64,000 nucleotides of DNA, taken from NCBI GenBank assembly GCA_918797485.1, contig CAKKNE010000005.1, positions 1,116,001-1,180,000 on the forward strand. Direction: 5' to 3'. The translations under genes and the position numbers were made by a program. The stretch comes from Pelagomonas calceolata (taxonomy: Eukaryota). The notes beneath the pieces are model-generated. The model was not told the origin of the DNA. It was given only the letters and a program-made list of their open reading frames with translations, and did no database searches. This document shows, piece by piece, positions 50,428 to 60,255 of the stretch; within the stretch, counting starts at the first letter, position 1, and the number at the start of each line of letters is the position of its first letter.

Positions 50428-50711
50428 GGTGCTCTGATCGGGTGACGGCGGCCTGCGGGGGACGGCGCGTCGCGGGGCAGCCCCCTTTTTTGGCTCGGCG
50501 CGGCGGCCGGCAGCCCCCTCTTTTGGCTCGGCGCGGCGCCCGCCGGCCGCGCCGGACGCGCCGTGGCTCGGGGGGCTTGCGGGGCGCGGGCGCGTCGTTG
50601 GCGGACGCGGGCGGTGGCTTGTTGTGGCTTTTTTTTTGCCGGAACAGTGGCAGTGCGAAAAAGGACGCACTGATCGACGACGACGGGTTTTTAGCCCCCC
50701 ACCCCGCACGA

Positions 50712-50974
50712 AACTTAAGCACGGCCAGTGGCGGAGGTCGTTTAGCGACGGACTACAACAAGTTCACTCGGCGTTGCCGGGTGGTGGCGCAATCGGCGCG
50801 GCGGTCGGCCGCGTCATATTTCGGACCGACCGGATTACCTGGGCAAGCAGGCGGCGCACAGGCCGGTCAACCAGGGCTAGCTCATAGTCCTCTCTTTACT
50901 CATACAGGTAGCGGTGACACGACTCGGCCTGGGCATGTGGCAGACGATTACAATCCTCAAGTGCCCCCCCAGGC
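50712..50974 (+). repeat. Left arm of a 263-bp inverted repeat
   Basis: Reverse complement of 52761-53023; 3 mismatches found by eye. Confidence 0.95.
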
Positions 50975-51738
50975 AGTGTAAGAATCAAATTTCTAGACGG
51001 ATAGTCCTATGAGTCTAGTGGACTCTTGGGAGGCTAGTAGGCCGGTAGTAGGGGGGTAGATTAATCTAGGGTACGGGTTTTATGGTTCAGCAAAAGTGGG
51101 TTAAAATGGGATAAGACCGGGGAAATATCGGCGTATCGGGCTGCCTTTGGCCCCAGGCACGTCGCTGGGGGCTGCCTGGGGCAGGGGACACCCGGGGAGC
51201 GCGTAAAAGGCTGTCGCGCGGGTTACCGTAGTTATGGCGCGGCGGCGGCCGCCGGCGCCACGGCGCCCCTCGCGATGACCCTCGCGCTCGTCGGCGCCAT
51301 GGTCCTGGCGTCACTGGCGTGAGCCCCCATCGACAACTTCCCCTTTGCACACATCTCACTCCCATCGCCCACCCATTTATGGGTGTATGGCATTTGCGCA
51401 TATCCCTCTCCCATCGCCCCGTCGGACAACGGTGTAAATTACTGAGTTATCCGGGTTCGCCGCCGAGGCCCTCGGTGCACAACTGAATCACTAGGCCCTC
51501 CTCGACGCGCGGGCCGGCGAGACCGCGCGCTGGCACGTGTTGTGCCACTGCGTCCGGTTATTTCCGAGGTTCATAACCTGAATAGCGTTAAATAACCGGT
51601 CGGCGTCGGGATCAAGAATCGGCTGAATCCCGCGTGGGCTAGCGCTGTAAGACACTAGCAAAAGCAAGCACCATATTTTTAGTTCACATCTTTGGGATCG
51701 GCACCCCAAAAGGCTGCCCGCTTACTCTTGAAGCATCT

Positions 51739-52404
51739 ATGCAGGGCCAAGTCGTTCTCCAGGGGGAGATCGTGGCCGCGGAGGCGCCGCCCCAGCCATA
51801 CGCCGCGGAGGCGCCGCCCCAGCAGCCATACGCCGCGGAGGCGCCGCCCCAGCAATACGCCACGGAGGCGCTGCCCCAGCAGCCATACGCCACGGCCCAA
51901 CCAGTATATGTGCAGCCACAGCCTGTATACTCTCAGCCCGCACCAGTCGTCATGCCACCGGCCGCACCGCAGACCGTTCAGGTCCAGATTCCGGCCGGCA
52001 TGATGCCCGGTTCAGTTTTCGACGTACAAGCGAACGGCCACAGGATACGGGTGACGGTTCCCGCGGGTGGCAGCACAAGATACCATGCGATTGCTGGGCC
52101 TGCTGTGTCGCCGGGCCCACGTACTTCACCATCAAATACTGGCCGCCCGGCGGGCAGCCCGGCGGAGGGGGGCGTTGGTAGCCCATCATGCCCGGCATCA
52201 TCATGCCCGGCTGCATCATCATGCCCGGCTGCATCATCACCGGCTGAGAGAACTGCGGTGCGGCAGGCGGCATCACGACTGGTGATACTGGTTGGGCCTG
52301 GAGCGGCGCCTCACCCTCCTCCTCCCACCAGTTTTGCTTGCCAGTGTTCGGGTCAAACTTCGGAATGGGCTGCCCCGTGCTGGCATCGAACCGCGGCCCA
52401 GTAG
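51739..52404 (+). CDS. Pro/Gln-rich protein; recognisable only to ~52070, probably chimeric or truncated
   Basis: AAEAPPQ(Q)PY repeats, VQVQIPAGMMPG..F.VQ...IRVTVP; downstream part is antisense of the opposing gene. Confidence 0.55.
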   Translation: MQGQVVLQGEIVAAEAPPQPYAAEAPPQQPYAAEAPPQQYATEALPQQPYATAQPVYVQPQPVYSQPAPVVMPPAAPQTVQVQIPAGMMPGSVFDVQANGHRIRVTVPAGGSTRYHAIAGPAVSPGPRTSPSNTGRPAGSPAEGGVGSPSCPASSCPAASSCPAASSPAERTAVRQAASRLVILVGPGAAPHPPPPTSFACQCSGQTSEWAAPCWHRTAAQ

Positions 52405-52417
52405 GCTTGTCTGACAT
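51950..52417 (-). CDS. Pro/Met-rich protein; recognisable only down to ~52065, probably chimeric or truncated
   Basis: PRFDASTGQPIPKFDPNTGKQNW, QPGMMM repeats, PPGCPPGGQY...YVGP, ILCC. Confidence 0.55.
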   Translation of the reverse strand: MSDKPTGPRFDASTGQPIPKFDPNTGKQNWWEEEGEAPLQAQPVSPVVMPPAAPQFSQPVMMQPGMMMQPGMMMPGMMGYQRPPPPGCPPGGQYLMVKYVGPATQQAQQSHGILCCHPREPSPVSCGRSLVRRKLNRASCRPESGPERSAVRPVA

Positions 52418-52760
52418 CGTGCTGTGTGCCTCTCCCATATCATGATATCAGATGATATCATAATGCTAGCTTGCTGTAAGACACTAGGAACAATTCCACA
52501 CCCTAACGGGGGGCGTCCCAGAAAGAGGGGGGGGCGTGCGAGTCCATGCGACTAAGCCCTTGTCGAATACCTAGTCAGGTATTCGACAAACTGAAATTCG
52601 GGATTTGTTAATTTCGGATTTTAGCGATATTCGCTACCGAACCGCGCACTCTACTTGCAAGCACCTGCTGATCGGGCTCCCTAATCGTCGCGGTGCTTCT
52701 TCTTGGTGGCCGACTCGCGCGGCGTCGCGGGCTGGCCGGCCGGCTTTGGGAGCAGGGTCC

Positions 52761-53023
52761 GCCTGGGGGGGCACTTGAAGATTGTAATCGTCTGCCACAT
52801 GCCCAGGCCGAGTCGCGTCACCGCTACCTGTATGAGTAAAGAGAGGACTATGAGCTAGCCCTGGTTGACCGGCCTGTGCGCCGCCTGCTTGCCCAGGTAA
52901 TCCGGTCGGTCCGAAATATGACGCGGCCGACCGCCGCGCCGATTGCGCCACCACCCGGCAACGCCGAGTGAACTTGTTGTAGTCCGTCGCCAAACGACCT
53001 CCGCCACTGGCCGTGCTTAAGTT
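52761..53023 (-). repeat. Right arm of the 263-bp inverted repeat
   Basis: Reverse complement of 50712-50974. Confidence 0.95.
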
Positions 53024-54068
53024 AGGAACGGTCTTGGACACCAGCTTGATCAAACGTCTGCAAAAAAACGCAGTAGAAAACCCGTTTTTTTCGTGCGATG
53101 GCCGCGCAAACAAAAAGTATTACACGAAGCGTACCCAGACGGCCTGCCCCCAGCACCATGCTGGGTCTGCTTCGAAGACCGTCCTCTACAATGGGCCCGC
53201 GGGCCGTCCCATGCCTACAACACAAAACGCTCGCCGGCGGCGCGTCAGCCTGGCGCACGCGTCGCCGCCGAGTGTGCACCGAGGCCGTTCCCGCGCGAGG
53301 ACCGCGATCAGCATGCAGTGGCCACGCCATCAATGAGTCGTCGCCGCCAGGAGCGCAAAGTAATCACATGACGCGGACGTCTAACTGCCGGCCCAGCGAC
53401 CGGTCCGCGATCTTCGAAGTGGAGCCGCACTAGTTCCCCCTGACAGCACGTTTCGAGGTCTCCAGTTTTTCTTCCCACAGGCTTGCTGGCGTATGAAACT
53501 CGTAAGACTCGTATCGTCGTAGCGAGCGCCGCCAGCAGTTTCAGATCATGATATGCGCATCAGCGGCGTGTGGTAAGAGGTCGACGAAGCGCGTGAAGTG
53601 GTCTGCAGAGTCCGGGAGCTTGATCTTCGAGGGGCGGGGTGGTCTTGCATCGTCGTCGGGAGGCCGACGTAAGCTGGAGACGGTTGCGGCGTCACTCGTG
53701 CGGTTCAGCGCGGCGCGACGACGCACGTGTCGGAGCACTGTTCGCCCTTCCGCACCCGTTTGGCGCTGTGAGCTGGGACGCGTGGTCCAGCGTCGCGGCG
53801 TGCGGCTGTGTCCTCTCCGGCTCTGTCGACAGTGACGAGCGAGCGTCCGTGGCAGACTTTTCGAGCCGCGCGTGCGACGCCGCAGCACAGCCCTGTTCAC
53901 GAGCAGCCTGGCTGCCGACCGCTTGGCAGCGCAGCGCCAGAGAGACGTCGGACGGCAGCCGCTCGGCAATGAGAGCCAACTTTATCACTGCTTCGGCGGT
54001 GCAGCGCTGCAGAAATGCTACCTTTGCGCGGAGGGGCCGAGCTGGGCACGGCTCAAGCCAAGCGGTAG

Positions 54069-54090
54069 CTAGCGGTCTGTAAGACACTAG
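54069..54090 (+). promoter_or_regulatory. CTAG-GTAAGACA-CTAG upstream motif (representative copy)
   Basis: CTAGCGGTCTGTAAGACACTAG, about 210 bp upstream of ATG 54298. Confidence 0.7.
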
Positions 54091-54297
54091 CAAGCAGCCA
54101 GGGAGGAAGCCCTTCCGTTGCGTTACTGGTGAACGGCTTGTTGGCCAGCCGTTTAAAGGCATCAGCAGTGCACGACGTAACCGCACGCTGACGTTTCAGA
54201 AGTTACGCGAGCCTCGGAAACCTAGCAGCGCTCATATCCAATTTTAGCGGAGCAGGCTCAAAGACGCAAACCCAGCCGTCACCGCTTTGCAGCAGCC

Positions 54298-57120
54298 ATG
54301 ATCGCCGTGCCCCCTTTCGTCGTCGCCGCGGTGGGCGGCGGCGTCGCTGGCGTCGCGTGGTGGGTCATCTTTGCGTGGTGGAAGTACGTCCTCGCCGTCG
54401 TGCTCCTCATCCTCGCGGGGCTCATCATACAATTACCGAGCGTGTGTCGCGGCACCTGCTTTAACAGTATGCCGGCCCGGACCGCTGCGATAGTCGCCGT
54501 CGCGTTGCTGGGCGACGACACCGCCGAGCGCCTCGCGATGATCGTCAGCATAACCAATGCTCACTTTGATCCGGCCGTCCGCAACGACCGCGGCAAGTGG
54601 GGTATTTTGACGCCGCAGCGGCGGAATTCGTGCGGCAGCCTCGCGCTGCAAGCGTTCCACTTATTCGTCATGGGCATCTTCATCAAATACTTGGACAGCC
54701 CTGAAACGGTAACACACGTAGCTATTGCGTACGCGAAAATGTTGGTGCATTTTGGCTTCTACCAAGTGGCTCGAAATGTGAACGACGGCTTCAAGAGCGG
54801 GGAACGCATCGAGAAGATTAACATATTACTAGCCTGCATGAAAATAGAACGGAAGTACTTCTATACGCCGACGGCCCTGGTTTTGGTCTGCGCGCACTTA
54901 GTTTTGGGCGACAAACTGACCATGTTTTTGATTTTACGTATCATCAAGGTCAGTTGCTTTACCACACATTACTGATGGACCTCCACTTATTTAGGCGTGG
55001 TGCTACTGGGGTGGGGCTGGTAATATTGCCCCGTCACGCTCTCCAGATCTCTTGAAGGTGTTACTGTACATCGCCGAGGACATCGATCCTCTCGTGAAAG
55101 AGTTCTTCGTAGCGTGGCCGGCGGGCCAGTTGGTCGAGACGGCGGATCAACGCCGCGTCTCGGCGGCGTACTACCTCGCCCAAGCCATCAGGATGAAGTG
55201 CGAGCACTACGACGGCCTCGTCGCGATCGCCTGGAACGACGCCGAGCAGCAGAAGGTGATGAAAGACGTCCCGATCAGTGTGTAATTCGACAGACGTGCG
55301 GTCTTCTATCTGACGCATGCGTTACTGATCGGTCAAGCGACCCGACGCTCGAGGCGCTTCTAGGAGAGACGCCGGATCACGCCATCGACGCGACGCGACG
55401 CCATCGACGCGACGCCAACGACATGACGAAGCCATCGAGGCGACGACGATCAATGCGACGCGACGCCAACGAGACGACGACGCGACAACGCCATCGACGC
55501 GACGACGCCACCGACGCTCCGTTCGCGCAGGTCATGGATGATATGCACGAGCAGCAATCGTCGAAACCGGCCTTCCTGGACGCCGCGCGGGCCATGAAGT
55601 CGTTTAGATTGATAGCGGTCGGCGGGGCCGTGAACCAGGACCCGGGCCACCCGCAGTTGCCGCCCATCGTGCTCTCGGCCAAGTGTTCAAGCCAGGACCT
55701 TTCATGGTCCAGAAACTTAACAAGTGCTGAAAGCATTGCCACCATGCTCGTGGGGCCAATTGCTGCATTGGTCTGCGCCATGCTCGCCGATAACGAGGAC
55801 GACGACGTGGAGACGTTTCCCAATAACGAAACGCTCGCGACGCTCACTAGTATGACCTACACGGCCCTCGACCCGAGACAGTCTATCTTTGCGGGCCGCG
55901 TCGTCACGCTCGTCGCCATCCCGCTCGGGCCGAACGGCAAATTATTGTTGGAAGATGCGTTGCGCTGGGAGCGGGAGGGCGAGCACTCGATCGAGAACGT
56001 GGCCTCGAACGAGATCTTGTCTCGCACGGCGCAGTCCGTCTCTGAGATAGGCTCGGTTCTGGCGCTGCGCGCTCGAGTTGAGGAGCAATCGCAAGCTGTG
56101 CTAAATGAGCTCGCGGCGGCTCACACGCTGATGATGGACCGCGAGAACCGCATCGCCGAGGCGCTCGAAAAAGCTAGGGCGAACGGAAATGAGCCTCGGG
56201 CGGTGGTCGTGCTGTATCAGCAGACGCACGGCCTCGGAGATCTCGAGCCTTCCGAGGCCGCGCTGCGTTCTTTCGAGAGCGACGACGCGGTCTACAATAT
56301 GAGATTAGGGTTAGCGAAGGTAGGCGTGTCGTCCATAGAAGCCCGGACCTACAATAGTAAGATGAATATCTCGGATCGCCTGGCGGACGCGTTACCAATT
56401 CAAGAACGATCGATGGCGCCCGATGCTGTGATCGTGGTGCCGCGCGGCCATGTATTCGAGTCTGATACGGCAAGGATAAGAATGTTGAACGAATATATGA
56501 AAGATGCGGCCTACAACGCGCGCTGGCTGACGACCGACGCCCTCCCTACTTTATTTGCGAACCCCTCCCTTTTCGACAACATAGACAATTCTAGCTTAGA
56601 TCTGTACCGGCCCTACAAGTTGACCACTGCTGAAGAGAAGAGCGCTTGGAAGGCGGCAAGCGTTGGAGGCGTTCCACCTGCCTTCAAGTTCGATAAAAAT
56701 GGTAGCTTTAGAACGACCGCGGACGTCCCGAAGCGGACGTCCTCGCGGCGCCAGGGCGGTGCTCCAGCTCCCGAGTTTATCGGTGGGATACAGAAGACTC
56801 GAAAAACCGCGACGACGAAGAAACCGCCGCGAGACTTAGAAGCTGAACTGAAACCGGAGGGGACGTGGAACCTCCCGGCGCTGCAGAAGATTCGCGGGGA
56901 GTTCCAGGACGAGGTCGACCGCTCCATTGCAGCTACAAACAGTGGCACCGAGTACCAAATCAAGTGGGGCGGGGAAAATAAGCAAGTGAAGTGCGCCTTC
57001 CAGGCGTTGTTCAAGTGCACCCGCGGCAAAACGGGAGGTAGAACAAACACTAGAAATGTGGACATCATGACGCACTTCATTAGTGTACTAGACGGAGTCA
57101 TTTCGTCCGAAGAGCTCTAG
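54298..57120 (+). CDS. Unknown protein with hydrophobic N-terminus; proposed exons 54298-54948, 54995-55010, 55047-55255, 55531-57120
   Basis: Three ORFs joined in frame by GT-AG introns of 46, 36 and 275 nt (IIK|AWCYW|DLLKV...QQK|VMDD). Confidence 0.6.
55256..55530 (+). other. 275-nt GT-AG intron with tandemly amplified CGCCATCGACGCGA
   Basis: AAG|GTGATG...GCGCAG|GTCATG, phase 0 on both sides. Confidence 0.75.
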
Positions 57121-57630
57121 AGTTTGGCAGACCGCGCCGGGTGCCTTCGGCATGCCTGGTCCCAAGCGCGCGCAAATTCATTATATCACGTCGCTTCATA
57201 TAGCACTCCCCTCTCCCCCGTAATAACGTATTTCGACTTTATCGCGGCTACGCGTCCCGACAACGCGTAGTTACATATCTGTACACGAGCCGAAAAATAG
57301 TTTGCTACAGCCGGCCAGCTCCTAAACGTGAGGGTGCCGCCACGCGCGCCAATCGTCGTCCAGCAGCAGCAGCAGCGCCGGCGACAGCAGGCCGCGGACG
57401 ACGGTTGCTGCTGCTGAACGGTCCGCGCCCGCCGGCGGCGTCTGTGCCGCGATATTGTTCCTTCCCCTCCCCGATAGAATACTAAAATACAGTACTAGTA
57501 GGGCGCATTGGCTCGGCGGGATATCTAAGATGGACGGAGGAAATTTTAAGTAAACGTGGGGATGAATTTCGAGGACGCCCGCTGGACGGCGGGCGGGCTA
57601 AGATTGTGGAAGGGCGCCTCCGACGGCACG

Positions 57631-58647
57631 CTAGACGCCTGCCGCGGCCGGCACCTCCACCGCATGGGCCGTGGGGACCAGTTCCACCGCCCGGGCCGAC
57701 GCCCGGGCCGTCCGGGGCTTCGGCGCGGCCGGCTCGCAGCACCCGCCGTATGCCACACCGACGACAATCGCAACCGCGGCAATAACGCAGATACCCATAA
57801 GGACACAAAGTATGATAAGGACTTGCATGCCCCACCCGCCGCCGCCTTCGGAATCCTTCTCATTATGGTTCTTGTGGTCCTCCCACGCGAACCCGCTCGC
57901 CGTGAGCTCCTCGTCCGTGGGGATTTGAAACCCCGTGCAGCACGTGAAGAGGTCTCCATAAATGACATCCCCACGGCCTAAACCGTCAAGAAGTTTTCCC
58001 GCCCTGCATTTGTGCCCGTCCTTTATGACAGGCGTGGAGCCGCCCATGCAGCCCGGCGAGGTAGCACAGCAGTCGTCAGGTGCGTTGTCGTCGTCTTCGT
58101 CCGTGGCGCACATTTCGTTGTCGCACTGGAACAAAAACGTCGGTACCGGCGTGAGCGTCGGCGCCGGCGAGGTCGTCGGCGCCGCCGTGGGCACGTCCAC
58201 GCTGCAGAGGGGCACGTGGTCTACCCACGTGTAGTAGTGGGTGAACCAGAGGCCCGACGACTCAAAGGTGTTGCCCCCCGCGCCATTCATCACGGCGCGC
58301 CGCCTGTCGTAGGCCGCGCCGTTCCAGGCGCCGTTGTCCGGCTCGCCGGGCGCCCAGTTGTGGTACGCGGCGGTCGTCGAGTTGTCCTGCCAGAGCCACG
58401 TCTGGTCGACGGCGTGCGTGGCATGGTCGCCGCCGCGCTCCCGGAGGCCGATCCAGCAGGCTTGGTAGCCGCACGCGTCGCGCGCGGCCTCGTTGTCCGC
58501 GTCGCTGTAGATTGCGGCGAGCGCGCCACCGACGCTCGCGCAGTAGGCGGCTGCCTCTTGATAGGTCGCGGGGTCCGTTCCTACCTCATAGCCATTGTAC
58601 GCGGAGCAACCGGAAGCGAGCAGCCCGAGACGCAGGAGGCGACGCAT
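57631..58647 (-). CDS. Type I membrane C-type lectin domain protein
   Basis: Signal peptide, YCASVGGALAAI, CWIGL, YHNWAPGEPDN, PT linker, one TM helix. Confidence 0.88.
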   Translation of the reverse strand: MRRLLRLGLLASGCSAYNGYEVGTDPATYQEAAAYCASVGGALAAIYSDADNEAARDACGYQACWIGLRERGGDHATHAVDQTWLWQDNSTTAAYHNWAPGEPDNGAWNGAAYDRRRAVMNGAGGNTFESSGLWFTHYYTWVDHVPLCSVDVPTAAPTTSPAPTLTPVPTFLFQCDNEMCATDEDDDNAPDDCCATSPGCMGGSTPVIKDGHKCRAGKLLDGLGRGDVIYGDLFTCCTGFQIPTDEELTASGFAWEDHKNHNEKDSEGGGGWGMQVLIILCVLMGICVIAAVAIVVGVAYGGCCEPAAPKPRTARASARAVELVPTAHAVEVPAAAGV

Positions 58648-59195
58648 GGGTGGAGCTCGACGCGGCCGAACGTCCGTCGCCGCCGGGCAGCCCAGATGAG
58701 CCCAATTGGGAGAGGCGAGACGTCCGTCGCCGCCGGGCAGCCCGGCAGCCCGCCGCATACAACTCGATCGGGAGAGCCTAGAGCCACGCGCACACTAGGC
58801 GCGCAATTCAGCTCGACGGGATGTGTCGAGATGCTCCCATGTGGCTGGCTCGCACCCATGATAACTACAGATCACGAGCCAAGAAGCTACAAAGCTACTA
58901 GCCTGCCAAAGTTGCTCGAGCTGCAGGCTTTTTAGAGAGCCCCATCTACGCGGTGAGGACCGCTGCCCCGCCCCGCGCCCGCGGGTCCAGACCCCCTCCC
59001 CGGCTCGCGCGCCCTCCCGACCGCGCGCCGGCCGCCGGCGGGTGCCACCATCCCTGGCAGTTCCCTTCCACAAACCGCGCGCCGCGCGCCCGCCCCCGGC
59101 CACCCCCGTACGCGTGCGCGCCCGCCCCCGGCCACCCCCGTACGAGTGCGACCCGCGCCCCCGCCCCCGGCGCAGGCACGCACCGATCCGTCAAA

Positions 59196-59825
59196 ATGGG
59201 CAATTGCTGCGCCGGCGAGGCGGAGAACCACGGCTGCTGCGCCGTGCCGCAGGGCTCGTGCAAGGGCCGCGCGGCGCAGGTCATGAGCATCTTGGGGTTG
59301 GTCCTGGCCTCCATCTTCTTCGTCATTAACCTCATCTTCAGCACCCTGTGGATCGCCGGATTCTTTATGGCAATCGGCCTCCCGGGGGCGGGCATCGGCA
59401 TCTACATCCAGTTCTTCTGCCTCCTCCTCTCGATCATCGCGTTCTCGCTCGGGCTCTGCTGCTGCACGGGCGAGCGGGGCTGGAATTGTACCAGTGTCTT
59501 CCTGCTCGTGCTCGTGATTCTTTATGTGGTAGCGATCGCGTGCATGGCCATCTCGCACGGCCGCCTCGACGCGATGATCGACGAGGCGTGCGACGAGGAC
59601 GACGACCCCTACTCCTCCAACGACAACGACTGCGACGACAGCGGGCTCCACGGCGTCTTCAGCATCATGTACGCGTGCGTCCTCATCAACGCCATCTTCG
59701 CGGCGATCGCCGGCGGCCTCCTCCGGTCCGCGTCGCCGGAGTGGGTCGGCCAGGGCGACGGCGACGCGCCTCCGGTGGTCACCGCCTCGGCCGCGGACGT
59801 CGAGCTCGCGAACACGAAGGCCTGA
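59196..59825 (+). CDS. Cys-rich multi-pass (about 4 TM) membrane protein
   Basis: MGNCC acylation-type N-terminus, hydrophobic helices, acidic Cys-bounded loop. Confidence 0.8.
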   Translation: MGNCCAGEAENHGCCAVPQGSCKGRAAQVMSILGLVLASIFFVINLIFSTLWIAGFFMAIGLPGAGIGIYIQFFCLLLSIIAFSLGLCCCTGERGWNCTSVFLLVLVILYVVAIACMAISHGRLDAMIDEACDEDDDPYSSNDNDCDDSGLHGVFSIMYACVLINAIFAAIAGGLLRSASPEWVGQGDGDAPPVVTASAADVELANTKA

Positions 59826-60255
59826 GCGCGGCCCGAGTCGCCTTCTTGGTTCAATTACTCAAGTTCGCCGCGCCCGCCGTCCCCAAGTTCTCGCGGGCCC
59901 GTCTCCTACTACGCATCCCCCCACGAGCCGCCTCGCTGAGCGCGCCGCTGAATTAACTTCCGTCGTCCTAGAAGATGGGTCTTATGCGGCGGGGCCGGTG
60001 GACGGCCCGCGGCGCTCGTAGGCAGGGAGCTTTAGGAGGGCGGTCGAGCGTGCGGGTTTTCGTCGAGGGGCGGCTGCGCCCTCCGACGACCCGAGGCGTC
60101 GGCCGACGCCTCGGAGGGGCTCCCGGCGCCGCCGCGCTCGCGCCGGCGGGACCCACCCCGCAACACCGGGGGGAATTTGGTCCAGTGAGAGGAGGCAATA
60201 GCCACCGATGGGGCAGCGCCCGATGGCGCCGGGCTCAATAAAGCTGCGGTAGAGC

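Noticed and set aside
50712..50740. AACTTAAGCA-N9-GCGGAGG resembles the 5' region of 28S rRNA
   Set aside because: Similarity does not extend; likely chance
50775..50850. tRNA/SINE-like A-box TGGCGCAATCGG in the repeat arm
   Set aside because: No B-box or cloverleaf could be found
50712..53023. Assignment as piggyBac because of TTAA near both ends
   Set aside because: Inverted identity extends 3 bp beyond TTAA and there is no transposase; superfamily left unassigned
53093..53433. CWVC-containing short ORFs, possible RING remnant
   Set aside because: Remaining zinc ligands are not in frame; too weak to call
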